Assembly: GCA_963755025.1 (NCBI GenBank)
Contig: CAVWIH010000009.1
Span: forward strand, 1 to 48,520
Length of the DNA stretch: 48,520 nt
DNA from: an uncultured Actinomycetes bacterium
GTDB lineage: Bacteria > Actinomycetota > Thermoleophilia > UBA2241
Direction of reading: 5' to 3'
Of this stretch, positions 31,048-40,644 are shown one piece after another (position 1 is the first letter of the stretch; every line of letters starts with the position of its first letter). A program made the position numbers and the translations under genes. The notes beneath the pieces were generated by a model, which had not been told where the DNA came from, did no database searches, and saw only the letters and a list, made by a program, of their open reading frames with translations.

Positions 31048-32703
31048 TTAAGAGGCGCGCGCCGCGGCGGCGCGTTCGAGCAGGGCCCTGGCGTGGTCGC
31101 GCGCCGTGAGGTCGCCGCCCTGCCCGCCCAGCATGCGCACGAGCTCGTCGAGGCGCTCGTCGCCGGCGACCTGGGCGACGACCGTCTCGGTGGTGTCGGC
31201 CTGGGGGTCGGCGAGCTTGCTGATCACGAAGTGGCGTTCGGCGAACACCGCCACCTGGGGCAGGTGGGTGATGCAGACGATCTGCGTGGCCGCGGCGAGC
31301 GCCGCCAGGCGCTCGCCGAGGACCGTGGCCGTGATGCCGCCGATGCCGGTGTCGACCTCGTCGAAGATGAGCGTGCGGACGTCGTGGCCGAGGTGCACCA
31401 AGCTTTTGATGGCGAGCATGGCCCGCGAGAGCTCGCCGCCCGAAGCCGTTTCGCGCAGCGGCCGCAGCGGCACCCCGGGGTTGGCCGAAAAGACGAACTC
31501 GGCTTCGTCGGCGCCCCGCTGGCCGAGCCCCTCGAGCCCCGCTCCCCTGGCCTGCAGCACGACTTCGAAGCGCACGTGCGGCATGGCCAGGCCGCGCAGT
31601 TCGTCGGCGACCCGCGCCGCAAAGAGGGGGGCGGCCGCGGCGCGCGCCGCCGTGAGCCGGGCGGCCAGTTCGAGCGCGCGGGCCTGGGCCGCTTCGAGGC
31701 GCGCAACGAGGTCGGATTCGTCGGCGACCAGACGTTCGAGCACGACGAGCCGTTCGCTCGCCGCGGTGGCGTAGGCGATGATGGCGTCGGCCGAGCCCCC
31801 GTACTTGCGGGCCAGCAGGCGGATCTGGTCGTAGCGCAGCTCGACGGCGTCGCGGTGCGCCGGGTCGACGTCTAAGTCGTCGAGGTAGTCGCGCAGGACG
31901 GCCAGCACGTCGTCGGTCTCGGCGGCGAGCGCGGCCAGGCGGGCCGCCGCGTCGGCGAGCGCGGGGTCGAGGCTCTCGGCCTCGGCCAGGAGGCGTTCGG
32001 CGGTGCGCAGGGCATCGAGGCCGCCGCCCGACGATTCGTCGGATAGCAGGGCGGCCGCGCCGCCCACGCGCTCGACGAGCCGCTCGGCGTGACGCAGGCG
32101 CTCGCGCTCGACCTTGAGCCGCTCGTCTTCGGCGGGCTCGACGGCGGCGGCTTCGATCTCGCCGACCTGAAAGCGCAGGAGGTCGACTTCGCGGTCGCGG
32201 TCGCGACCCTCGCCGCGCAGGGCGACGAGCTCGCGGGAGAGCGCCTGCAGGGTCGCCCAGGCGGCGCCGTAGTCGGCCAGCAGGGCGGCCACCTCGGGGC
32301 CTGCCCAGGCGTCGAGCAGGTCGAGCTGGCGGTCGAGCTGCAGCAGGCGGGCGTGTTCGAGCTGCCCGTAAAAGGCGACCCGCTCGCGCAGCGCCGTCTC
32401 GACCGCCGGCAGCGACGACACGAGGCCGTCGAGAAAGGCGCGCGAGCGCCCCTTGCGGGTGATGCGGCGCGCCACCGAGATGGTCTCGCCGTCGTCGTCG
32501 AACACGGCCTGCACGAGCGCCTGCTCGCAGCCCGGGCGCACCAGGCTCTCCTCGCCCTTCTGGCCCAGCAGCAGGCCTATGCCCTGCGTGAGCAGCGTCT
32601 TGCCGGCGCCGGTCTCGCCGGTGATGACGTTGAGCCCCGGAGCCAGCTCGAGCCGAGCCTCGGCGATGAGCACGAGGTCGGCGATAGAGAGTTCAGCGAG
32701 CAT
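31048..32703 (-). CDS. recN: DNA repair protein RecN
   Basis: ITGETGAGK, ASGGELSR, IFDEVDTGIGG, ITHLPQVA. Confidence 0.96.
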   Translation of the reverse strand: MLAELSIADLVLIAEARLELAPGLNVITGETGAGKTLLTQGIGLLLGQKGEESLVRPGCEQALVQAVFDDDGETISVARRITRKGRSRAFLDGLVSSLPAVETALRERVAFYGQLEHARLLQLDRQLDLLDAWAGPEVAALLADYGAAWATLQALSRELVALRGEGRDRDREVDLLRFQVGEIEAAAVEPAEDERLKVERERLRHAERLVERVGGAAALLSDESSGGGLDALRTAERLLAEAESLDPALADAAARLAALAAETDDVLAVLRDYLDDLDVDPAHRDAVELRYDQIRLLARKYGGSADAIIAYATAASERLVVLERLVADESDLVARLEAAQARALELAARLTAARAAAAPLFAARVADELRGLAMPHVRFEVVLQARGAGLEGLGQRGADEAEFVFSANPGVPLRPLRETASGGELSRAMLAIKSLVHLGHDVRTLIFDEVDTGIGGITATVLGERLAALAAATQIVCITHLPQVAVFAERHFVISKLADPQADTTETVVAQVAGDERLDELVRMLGGQGGDLTARDHARALLERAAAARAS

Positions 32704-32729
32704 GGCCGCGGGCGCCGGCGCGCGAGCGC

Positions 32730-33602
32730 TCAGAAGACATGGCGCGCGCGGTTGAAGAGCTTCTCTTCGACGTTGTGGTAGAACGAGCCGCCCTCGCTCA
32801 CCAGGAGCCGCGCCCGGGCCACGCCGGCGGCGATCTCGACGGTCTCGCCGCAGCACAGACGGCCCACCACCGAGCCGTCGGCAAGCACCTCGGCTTCGTC
32901 GGTGGGCGAGGCGTTGCGCACCCGTATGACGTGGTCGGGGCGCAGCACGAGGGGGCGAAAGCCGAGCGAATGGGGGGCGATGAAGTTGAGCACGAGGGCG
33001 TCGGCGTCCCACACCACGAGGGGGCCGGCGCACGAGAGGTTGTACGCGGTCGAGCCGGCCGGCGAGGCCACGATCATGCCGTCGCACAGCATCTCGCCCA
33101 CCCGCGTGCCGGAGACTTCGTAGACGAGGCGCACGACGCGCTGCGAGCGCACGCGCGCCAGCACGATGTCGTTGACGGCCATCTGGCGCGCGCCGTTCCA
33201 GCGCGCCTCGACCGTGAGCAGGTCGATGATCGCATAGCTGCCCCGCACGATGCGCTCGAGCCCCGTGCGCCAGTCGCTTTGGCGCATGCCGGCGAGAAAG
33301 CCGACGTTGCCGAAGTTGACGCCGGTGGTGGGCACGCCGCTGCCCAGCATGCGCCCGAGCGCGCGCAGGATGGTGCCGTCGCCGCCGAGCACGAGGCAGA
33401 GGTCGACGCTGCGCAGCTCGTCGTCGTCGACGACCCGGTAGCCGTGGGAGTCGGTGAGGCGGTGCTTGGCGGCTTCGTCGGCGGGCACGACGAGCTCGAG
33501 CCCGAGGCGCCTGGCTTCGTCGACCAGCTCGTGGAGGGTGCGGTCGGTCGCCTTGGCCTGGTGGTGGGTGAGCACGGCGACGCGCCGCAGGGGCTCAGCC
33601 AT
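32730..33602 (-). CDS. nadK: NAD kinase
   Basis: LGGDGTIL, VGFL, AVND, GSTAYNLS..GP. Confidence 0.93.
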   Translation of the reverse strand: MAEPLRRVAVLTHHQAKATDRTLHELVDEARRLGLELVVPADEAAKHRLTDSHGYRVVDDDELRSVDLCLVLGGDGTILRALGRMLGSGVPTTGVNFGNVGFLAGMRQSDWRTGLERIVRGSYAIIDLLTVEARWNGARQMAVNDIVLARVRSQRVVRLVYEVSGTRVGEMLCDGMIVASPAGSTAYNLSCAGPLVVWDADALVLNFIAPHSLGFRPLVLRPDHVIRVRNASPTDEAEVLADGSVVGRLCCGETVEIAAGVARARLLVSEGGSFYHNVEEKLFNRARHVF

Positions 33603-34395
33603 GGACGGCCTCGACCGCGTTGCGGACGGCGTGCGCCGGGTCGGCGCGGCCCGCCGCGAGCGGGCTGCGCGCGTCGCAGAAATACGCGAAGTACTCCACG
33701 TTCCCCCTTGGCCCCGGGTGCCCGGAATCGCAGGCGCCGAGGACGGCGGCCCCGTGCTGTTCGAGCCACGCGGCGACGTCGGTGAGCACCTGCAGATGGA
33801 TGGCGGGGTCGCGCACGACTCCGCCCTTGCCGACCTGCGCACGACCGGCTTCGAACTGGGGCTTGACGAGCACCAGGCCGCGGTAGTCGGCGCGGGCGGA
33901 TTCTAGCACAGGCCCCAGGGCCAGCCGCAGCGAGATGAACGACACATCGGCGGTGACGAAGGACGGCGCGTACGGAAGACGATCGGCTTGGAGACTGCGG
34001 GCGTTGGTGCGTTCGAGCACGGTCACCCGCGGGTCGATGCGCAGGCGGTAGTCGAGCAGGCCGTACCCCACGTCGACGGCGACCACGTGGCGGGCGCCGT
34101 GCTGCAGCAGGCAGTCGACGAAGCCGCCGGTGGAGCTGCCGAGGTCGCAGACCTCTTCCCCATCGACCGAGACTTCGAGCTCGCGCAGCGCGTGACTCAG
34201 CTTGTCGCCGCCACGCGAGACGTAGCGGGGGCGCTCGGCGACGGCGAGCTCGGCGTCGGCGTCGACCAGGCCGCCGGGCTTGTCGGCGGCGCGGCCGCCG
34301 ACTGAGACCTCGCCGGCCAGGATGGCGGCGTGGGCCTGCGAACGTGTGGCGAACAGCCCACGGGCAACGAGCAGCGTGTCGAGCCGCTCGCGCAT
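33595..34395 (-). CDS. tlyA: TlyA family rRNA 2'-O-methyltransferase
   Basis: S4 domain RLD.LLV, YVSRGG.KL, DLGSSTGGF, DVSFIS, KPQFE. Confidence 0.95.
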   Translation of the reverse strand: MRERLDTLLVARGLFATRSQAHAAILAGEVSVGGRAADKPGGLVDADAELAVAERPRYVSRGGDKLSHALRELEVSVDGEEVCDLGSSTGGFVDCLLQHGARHVVAVDVGYGLLDYRLRIDPRVTVLERTNARSLQADRLPYAPSFVTADVSFISLRLALGPVLESARADYRGLVLVKPQFEAGRAQVGKGGVVRDPAIHLQVLTDVAAWLEQHGAAVLGACDSGHPGPRGNVEYFAYFCDARSPLAAGRADPAHAVRNAVEAVHG

Positions 34396-34398
34396 GGG

Positions 34399-36279
34399 TC
34401 AGGAGATGTGGGCGAGGCCCGGCTGGCGCTCGAGGACGGCGGCGGCGATGGCCTCGGGGGTGAGGCCGAGGTCGGAAAGCAGGCGCTCACGGTCGCCGTG
34501 CACGACGAAGGCGTCGGGCAGGCCGAACCGCCGCACGCGGACGGGGCTGTCGGCCAGGTGCTCGACGACGACGCTGCCGAAGCCGCCGGCCAGGACGTTC
34601 TCCTCGATCGTCACGATGCGGGCGTGGGTGTCGGCCAGCTCGTCGAGCAGCGCGGTATCGAGCGGCTTCACGAAGCGCGCGTCGACGACCGTGGCCTGCA
34701 CGCCTGCCTCGGCGAGCAGCTCGGCGGCGCGCAGCGCCATGCCGACGCCGGTGCCGATGCCCACGAGCGCCACCTCGCGCCCTTCGCGCAGCACCTCGGC
34801 GGTGCCGATGGGGATCTTCTTGAGCTTGGCGGGCTCGTCGAACACGGCGGCGAGGCCGCGCGGGTAGCGCACCGCGACGGGGCCGTCGTGCTCGAGCGCG
34901 GTGTGGATCATGTGCTGCAGCTGGACCTGGCTGGACGGCGCCATGACGACGAGGTCGGGGATCATGCGCAGGTACGAGAGGTCGAACACGCCGTGGTGCG
35001 TGGGGCCGTCGTCGCCGACCAGGCCGGCCCGGTCGAGGGCGAAGACGATGGGGATGCCCTGCAGGGCGACGTCCTGCACCAGCATGTCGAAGGCGCGCTG
35101 GAGGAAGGTCGAGTAGATGGCCACCACCGGCTTCATGCCGGCCAGGGCGAGGCCGGCGGCGAACACGACGGCGTGCTCTTCGGCGATGCCCACGTCGTAG
35201 AGGCGCCCGGGGAAGGCCGCCTCGAAAGCGTCGAGCCCCGTGCCCTGGGTCATGGCCGCGGTGATCGCCACGACGCGCGAGTCACGGCGGCCCTCGCGTA
35301 CCAGCGCTTGGCCGAAGGCCTCGGTGTAGGTCGCCCCTCGCGGGTGCGGTTTGCGCTCGCCGTTGGACAGCTTGAAGGGTCCGGTGCCGTGGTACTCGGA
35401 GGGCTGCTCTTCGGCCGGCTCGTAGCCTTTGCCTTTGACTGTGCGCACGTGCACGAGCACGGGCCGCTTGGTGTCGAGGGCCTGCTGCACGGCCACCCGC
35501 AGCGCGCCGATGTCGTGGCCGTTGACGACGCCGATGTAGGCGAAGCCCAGCTCCTCGAAGATGAGGCCGGGGCCGAGGAAGGCCTTCATGCTCTCCTTGA
35601 CGTCTTTGCCCAGACTGTAGGCTCGCGCGCCGATGGCGGGGATGCGGGCGATGGTGCGCTCCATGTCCTCGCGCAGGCGAGTGAGGCCGGGGTCGAGCCG
35701 GAAGCGGTTGAGGTACAGCTGGAAGGCGCCGACGTTGGGCTTGATCGACATCTGGTTGTCGTTCAACACGACGACGAGCGGCGTGCGCAGCTGGCCGGCC
35801 TGGTTCATGGCCTCGAAGGCCACGCCGCCGGTGAGCGCGCCGTCGCCGAGCACGCAGACCACGCGGCCGTCAGAGCCGCCGCTCAGGCGCGCCGCTTCGA
35901 CCAGGCCTAAACCGTAGCTGATCGAGGTAGAGGCGTGCCCTGTGCCGATGACGTCGTGCTCGGACTCGCGGCGGCAGGGGAACCCGGAGAGGCCGCCGTA
36001 CTGGCGGATGGTGTTGAAGCACTCGGCGCGGCCGGTGATGATCTTGTGGGCGTAGGCCTGGTGGCCGACGTCCCAGATGATCTTGTCGCGCGGGCTTTCG
36101 AGGACGCTGTGCAACGCGACCGTGAGCTCAACGGCGCCGAGGCTGGGGGCCAGGTGGCCGCCAACCTCGCTGACGCACGACAGGATCACCTCGCGTATCT
36201 CGTCGGCGAGGGCCTGAAGCTCAGTAACGGTCAGTGAGTGCAGGTCGGAAGGACCGCGGATACGCAGGAGCTGGTCCAT
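34399..36279 (-). CDS. dxs: 1-deoxy-D-xylulose-5-phosphate synthase
   Basis: GGHLAPSLG, DVGHQAY.HK, GDGALTGG, DVGIAEEHA, DGPTHHG. Confidence 0.97.
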   Translation of the reverse strand: MDQLLRIRGPSDLHSLTVTELQALADEIREVILSCVSEVGGHLAPSLGAVELTVALHSVLESPRDKIIWDVGHQAYAHKIITGRAECFNTIRQYGGLSGFPCRRESEHDVIGTGHASTSISYGLGLVEAARLSGGSDGRVVCVLGDGALTGGVAFEAMNQAGQLRTPLVVVLNDNQMSIKPNVGAFQLYLNRFRLDPGLTRLREDMERTIARIPAIGARAYSLGKDVKESMKAFLGPGLIFEELGFAYIGVVNGHDIGALRVAVQQALDTKRPVLVHVRTVKGKGYEPAEEQPSEYHGTGPFKLSNGERKPHPRGATYTEAFGQALVREGRRDSRVVAITAAMTQGTGLDAFEAAFPGRLYDVGIAEEHAVVFAAGLALAGMKPVVAIYSTFLQRAFDMLVQDVALQGIPIVFALDRAGLVGDDGPTHHGVFDLSYLRMIPDLVVMAPSSQVQLQHMIHTALEHDGPVAVRYPRGLAAVFDEPAKLKKIPIGTAEVLREGREVALVGIGTGVGMALRAAELLAEAGVQATVVDARFVKPLDTALLDELADTHARIVTIEENVLAGGFGSVVVEHLADSPVRVRRFGLPDAFVVHGDRERLLSDLGLTPEAIAAAVLERQPGLAHIS

Positions 36280-36376
36280 TGGTCGAGAGTATACCACCGC
36301 CCCTCGCGGCGCCCGTCGCGCCACGCCGTTCAGGGCGGGGCGCGGGCGCGCGCGTCGCGGCGCCGGCGCCCGCGCC

Positions 36377-37300
36377 CTAGGAACGCCGCGCGAAGATGTA
36401 GTCGGTGACGGCGGCGAGACTGGCGACGTCGCCGCCCAGCGCCGCAAGGCGCGCCCGTGCTCGGCCGTGGCTCTCGGCGGCCAGCGTGCGCGCGCCAGCG
36501 ACGCCGAAGCGCGAGACGTAGGTCGTCTTGTCGAGGCGCGCGTCTTTGCCGGTCGTCTTGCCCAGGTCGTCGGACTCGCCCTCGACGTCGAGGATGTCGT
36601 CGACGATCTGGAACAGCAGCCCGATCTCGCGGGCGAACTCGCGGTGGGTCTCGAGCTCCGCTTCCGACACGCCGCACAGCAGGGCGGCGCCGGCCACCGC
36701 GGCCTCGATCAGGCGGCCGGTCTTCAGGGCGTGCAGCTCGCGCAGCTCGTCGTCGTGGGTGGCCGTGGCGGCGACGTCCATGTACTGCCCGCCCACCATG
36801 CCCTGCACGCCGGTCGCCCGGGCCACCTCGGACAGCGCGCCGAGCAGCCTCGCGGGCTCGCCCTGCTGGCGGTCGGTGATCAGCCGGAAGGCTTCGGCGA
36901 AGAGGCCGTCGCCGGCGAGGATGGCGACGTCTTCGCCGAACTCGACGTGACAGGTGGGCAGGCCGCGGCGCAGGCTGTCGTCGTCGATGGCCGGCAGGTC
37001 GTCGTGGATGAGCGAGTAGGTGTGGATGAGCTCGAGCGCGGCGGCGAAGGGCAGGATCGCGGCGAGCGGTTCGCCGAGCCGCTCCGCCACCGCCAGGCTG
37101 AGCACGGGGCGGATCCGTTTGCCGCCCGCCAGCAGCGAGTAGCGCATGGCCGCGACCAGCGGTCGGGCGGCCGGCGCCGCGCCAAAGTCGAGTGCGGCGA
37201 GGTAGTCGTCGGTGAGCCGGCGCAGCTTGTCGGGGTAGCCCGGCCCGCCGCCGGCTCCGGGCAGCGCGTCGCGCGAAGCTGATGCGCCGGAGGAGCTCAC
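36377..37300 (-). CDS. ispA: Farnesyl diphosphate synthase (polyprenyl synthetase)
   Basis: GGKRIRP, SLIHDDLP..D, KTG, FQIVDDILD. Confidence 0.94.
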   Translation of the reverse strand: MSSSGASASRDALPGAGGGPGYPDKLRRLTDDYLAALDFGAAPAARPLVAAMRYSLLAGGKRIRPVLSLAVAERLGEPLAAILPFAAALELIHTYSLIHDDLPAIDDDSLRRGLPTCHVEFGEDVAILAGDGLFAEAFRLITDRQQGEPARLLGALSEVARATGVQGMVGGQYMDVAATATHDDELRELHALKTGRLIEAAVAGAALLCGVSEAELETHREFAREIGLLFQIVDDILDVEGESDDLGKTTGKDARLDKTTYVSRFGVAGARTLAAESHGRARARLAALGGDVASLAAVTDYIFARRS

Positions 37301-37497
37301 GAGGCCCTGCCGGTCTCCTCGAGCAGGCGTGCGGCTTCGTCGGCGAGCTCGGCGGCGCGCTCGAACAGGCTCATCTCGATGTCGGTCGAGCCGACCTGGC
37401 CGGCGCGCTCCTCGAGGTCGCGCAGCTCGGCGGCGATCTCGCGCACGCGGGCCAGGGCCCGGGCGTCGCGCGCGGCGTGGGGTGCTTCGAGGCTCAT
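37297..37497 (-). CDS. Small helical protein, possibly divergent XseB-like
   Basis: 66 aa, 4-bp overlaps with both neighbours, sits where xseB usually lies; SLFERAAEL..A..LLE resembles XseB. Confidence 0.6.
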   Translation of the reverse strand: MSLEAPHAARDARALARVREIAAELRDLEERAGQVGSTDIEMSLFERAAELADEAARLLEETGRAS

Positions 37498-37994
37498 GCC
37501 TCCTCCTCGCCGGGATCGGACTCGAGCGAGTCGTCGTCGGCGGCAGCGTCGACGGCGTCTTCGGTCGCGGGTCCGGCGGCGGCCGGCGGGCGGCCGTTGC
37601 GCAGCGCGCCCGCGAGGATGCCGTTGACGAGGGCGGCGGCTTCGTCGGTCGAGTAGCGCTTGGCGAGGCGCACCGCTTCGTCGATGGCGACCTCGGGGGG
37701 CGTCTCGCCGCTGCGCAGCTCCCAGAGCGCCAGGCGCAGGATGCTGCGCTCGAGCGGCGCGATGCGCGACAGCGGCCAGGCCGGCGAGTTGGCTGTGAGT
37801 TCGGCGTCGAGCTCAGCCAGGCCGTCGATCACCCCGGCGACGGCGCGCAGCGTGAACTCGTCGGTCTCGTACTCCTCGGCCTGCGCGCGGTTGGCGAGCA
37901 GCGTGTCGACCCCCACGTCGGTGACCTCGCGCTGATAGAGCACGAACACGGCGTCGCGGCGTGCCTGCTTACGGCTCGGTCTGCGCGGCGTCAC
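37494..37994 (-). CDS. nusB: Transcription antitermination factor NusB
   Basis: R..ARR.A..LYQ, ILRLA.WEL, VAIDEAVRLAK.Y, VNGIL. Confidence 0.94.
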   Translation of the reverse strand: MTPRRPSRKQARRDAVFVLYQREVTDVGVDTLLANRAQAEEYETDEFTLRAVAGVIDGLAELDAELTANSPAWPLSRIAPLERSILRLALWELRSGETPPEVAIDEAVRLAKRYSTDEAAALVNGILAGALRNGRPPAAAGPATEDAVDAAADDDSLESDPGEEEA

Positions 37995-38012
37995 GAGCGT
38001 CGGCCGGGCCGG

Positions 38013-39857
38013 TTATGCAGGCTCGATGGCAAACAGCGCCTGACCGTATTCGACCGCGGCGCCGTTGTCGGCGAGCACCTCGCGCACGACGCCGTCGACG
38101 TCGGAGCCGAGCTCGTTCATGAGCTTCATGGCTTCGAGGATACAGAGGGTCTGCCCCGAGGCGACGGTGTCGCCGACCGACACGAAGGGGTCGAGCGCCG
38201 GCGAAGAAGAGCGGTAGAACGTGCCCACCATCGGCGAGCGCACGACGTGATAGCCGTTGCTCTCGGCCCCGGCGGGTGTGGGCTTGGAAGCCGGCGCGCC
38301 GGCCGCCTCGCGGTCGTCGGCGCGCTCGGCCGCCGCCGGCAGGGTCTTGCGCACGGTGATGCGGACGTCGCCCTCTTCGAGGATCAGCTCCTGTAGGTCG
38401 CTGGCTTCGACCATGGCGATGATGTCCTTGACGCGGTCGCTGCCCGCTTCGCTCACCGTGGTCTGCATCTGCGCGCTCAGGTAGGCCGGCACCTGCGTGC
38501 CGAACACGTCGTGCTCGGGGCCGAGACGGTGGCGCTCGAGGTACGGGCGCGCGGTCTGCGGGAAGAGCGCGTACGACAGCACGTCTTCGTCGGAGTGCGC
38601 GAGGTCGCCGATCTCGTCGCGCAGGTCGTCGAAGCTTTCGGTGACGAGCTCGGCGGGGCGCACGCTGATCGGCTTCTCGTCGCCCAGCACGCGCTCGATG
38701 ATGTCGGGCGAGACCGGCCCGGGAGCAGCGCCGTAGCGGCCCCGCAGGTAGGCCTTCATCTCGTCGGGCACGATGTGCCAGCGCTTGCCGGACAGCACGT
38801 TGAGCACCGCCTGGGTGCCGACGATCTGCGACATGGGCGTGACGAGCGGCGGAAAGCCGACCTCGGCGCGCACCACGGGGATCTCTTCGAGCACCTCGGG
38901 CAGGCGGTCGAGGGCGTTCTGCTCGCTCAGCTGGCCTTCGAGGTTGGAGATCATGCCGCCCGGCACCTGATGCGAGTAGACCTGCATGTGGGTGAGCGAC
39001 GTCACGCCGCGGTCCCAGCCGCCCTCGAGGCGCACGCTCTCGAAGTACTTGGCGATGGCGAAGAGCTTCTCGAGGTCGAGCTCGGAGTCCCAGGGCGTGC
39101 CGATGAGGGCGGTCACGACCATCTCGGTGGCCGGCTGCGAGTTGCCGAAGGCCATGGGGACGGTGGCCGTGTCGATCACGTCGACGCCCGCCTCGATGGC
39201 CTTGAGGTAGGTCATGGGCGCCAGGCCGCCGATGTAGTGGCAGTGCAGCTGGATCGGCACCGCGAGCTCGCTCTTGAGACGCGTGATGAGCTGCTCGGCG
39301 TAGTAGGGCGAAAGCAGCGCCGCCATGTCCTTGATGCAGATCGAGTCGGCGCCCATCTCGACGAGCCGGCGCGCGACCTCGATGTAGTGGTCGAGCGAGT
39401 GCACCGGCGAGATCGTGTAGACGACCGCCGCCTGAAAATGCTTGCCCGACTCCTTGATGGCGGCCGCCGCGGTCTCGAAGTTGCGCGTGTCGTTCAGGGC
39501 GTCGAAGACGCGGAAGATGTCGATGCCGTTCTCGGCCGCCTTGGTCACGAATCGCCGCACGACGTCGTCGCTGTAGTGCCGGTAGCCGACCAGGTTCTGC
39601 CCGCGCAGCAGCATCTGCAGCGGCGTGCGATGCACGTGGTTGCGAATGACGCGCAGGCGCTCCCAGGGATCTTCGTCTAAGAAGCGCAGGCAGGCGTCGA
39701 ACGTGGCCCCGCCCCAGCATTCGAGCGACTGAAAGCCGACTTCGTCGAGCAGCTCGAGGACGGGCAGCATCTGCGCGGTGCGCATGCGCGTCGCCCACAG
39801 CGACTGGTGGGCATCGCGCAGTGTGGTGTCTGTGATGCCGATGCGCCTGGCTCGCAA
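38013..39857 (-). CDS. Pyruvate carboxylase subunit B/oxaloacetate decarboxylase alpha-type carboxyltransferase fused to an AccB-type biotin carrier
   Basis: DTTLRDAHQS, ECWGGATFD, IKDMA, HQVPGGM, PPLVTP; C-terminal RSPMVGTFYR and EAMKLMNE. Confidence 0.92.
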   Translation of the reverse strand: MRARRIGITDTTLRDAHQSLWATRMRTAQMLPVLELLDEVGFQSLECWGGATFDACLRFLDEDPWERLRVIRNHVHRTPLQMLLRGQNLVGYRHYSDDVVRRFVTKAAENGIDIFRVFDALNDTRNFETAAAAIKESGKHFQAAVVYTISPVHSLDHYIEVARRLVEMGADSICIKDMAALLSPYYAEQLITRLKSELAVPIQLHCHYIGGLAPMTYLKAIEAGVDVIDTATVPMAFGNSQPATEMVVTALIGTPWDSELDLEKLFAIAKYFESVRLEGGWDRGVTSLTHMQVYSHQVPGGMISNLEGQLSEQNALDRLPEVLEEIPVVRAEVGFPPLVTPMSQIVGTQAVLNVLSGKRWHIVPDEMKAYLRGRYGAAPGPVSPDIIERVLGDEKPISVRPAELVTESFDDLRDEIGDLAHSDEDVLSYALFPQTARPYLERHRLGPEHDVFGTQVPAYLSAQMQTTVSEAGSDRVKDIIAMVEASDLQELILEEGDVRITVRKTLPAAAERADDREAAGAPASKPTPAGAESNGYHVVRSPMVGTFYRSSSPALDPFVSVGDTVASGQTLCILEAMKLMNELGSDVDGVVREVLADNGAAVEYGQALFAIEPA

Positions 39858-39888
39858 CCTGACCGCTCCCCGTGTTCCCCGTGCGCCG

Positions 39889-40455
39889 CTAGACGCGCGT
39901 GATGTAGCTGCCGGTCCGCGTGTCGACCCGCACGCGCTCGCCTTCGACGATGAACAGCGGCACCTGGATGGTGACCCCGGTCTCGAGGGTGGCCAGCTTG
40001 GTGCCGCCCTGGGCGGTGTCGCCCCGCAGGCCCGGCTCGGTGTGCGTGATGGCGAGCTCGACGTGGTTGGGCGCCTCGACGCTGGCCGGCTCGCCGTTCA
40101 ACGACAGCAGCTGGACCTCCTGGTTCTCGACGACCCACTGCAGCGCCGCGCTGGCGGTCGCCGGGCTGACCGTGACCTGCTCGAAGGTGCCCGGGTCCAT
40201 GAGCACGACCTCGTCGTCGGTGGAGTACAGGTAGGTCATGGTCTGCGACTGCGTGTGGATGCGGTCGAACTTCTCGCCCGAGCGGAACGTCTTTTCGAGC
40301 ACCGCTCCGGTGGCGATGTTGCGTACCTTGGTGCGCACGAAGGCGCCGCCCTTGCCCGGCTTGACGTGCTGGAACTCGACGATCGTGAAGTTCTCGCCAT
40401 CGATCTCGATCGCCATGCCGTTCTTGAACTGACTGGTGGATACTACTTCGGCCAT
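39889..40455 (-). CDS. efp: Elongation factor P
   Basis: HVKPGKGGAFVRTK, PGLRGDT, VPLFI..GE. Confidence 0.97.
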   Translation of the reverse strand: MAEVVSTSQFKNGMAIEIDGENFTIVEFQHVKPGKGGAFVRTKVRNIATGAVLEKTFRSGEKFDRIHTQSQTMTYLYSTDDEVVLMDPGTFEQVTVSPATASAALQWVVENQEVQLLSLNGEPASVEAPNHVELAITHTEPGLRGDTAQGGTKLATLETGVTIQVPLFIVEGERVRVDTRTGSYITRV

Positions 40456-40644
40456 AGGTCTGTCTTTCTGGCTGCTCGGTCGGGACTGTGACGCCGGCGC
40501 GACCACGGTGGTCGTCCCCCTCTTGGAGTCGGCACCACATGATACACGAAAGCCACACCTGCAAGCCCCGATGCGCGGCGACTCTGGACCTGTTGCCGGC
40601 AGGCTAGCGCCGGCCGCGCCGTCGCCGCGCGCCCAGCGACGCGC

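Noticed and set aside
31048-36447. Long N-terminal extensions on recN, nadK and dxs
   Set aside because: They overlap upstream genes and are Arg/Pro-rich noise; conserved starts lie downstream.
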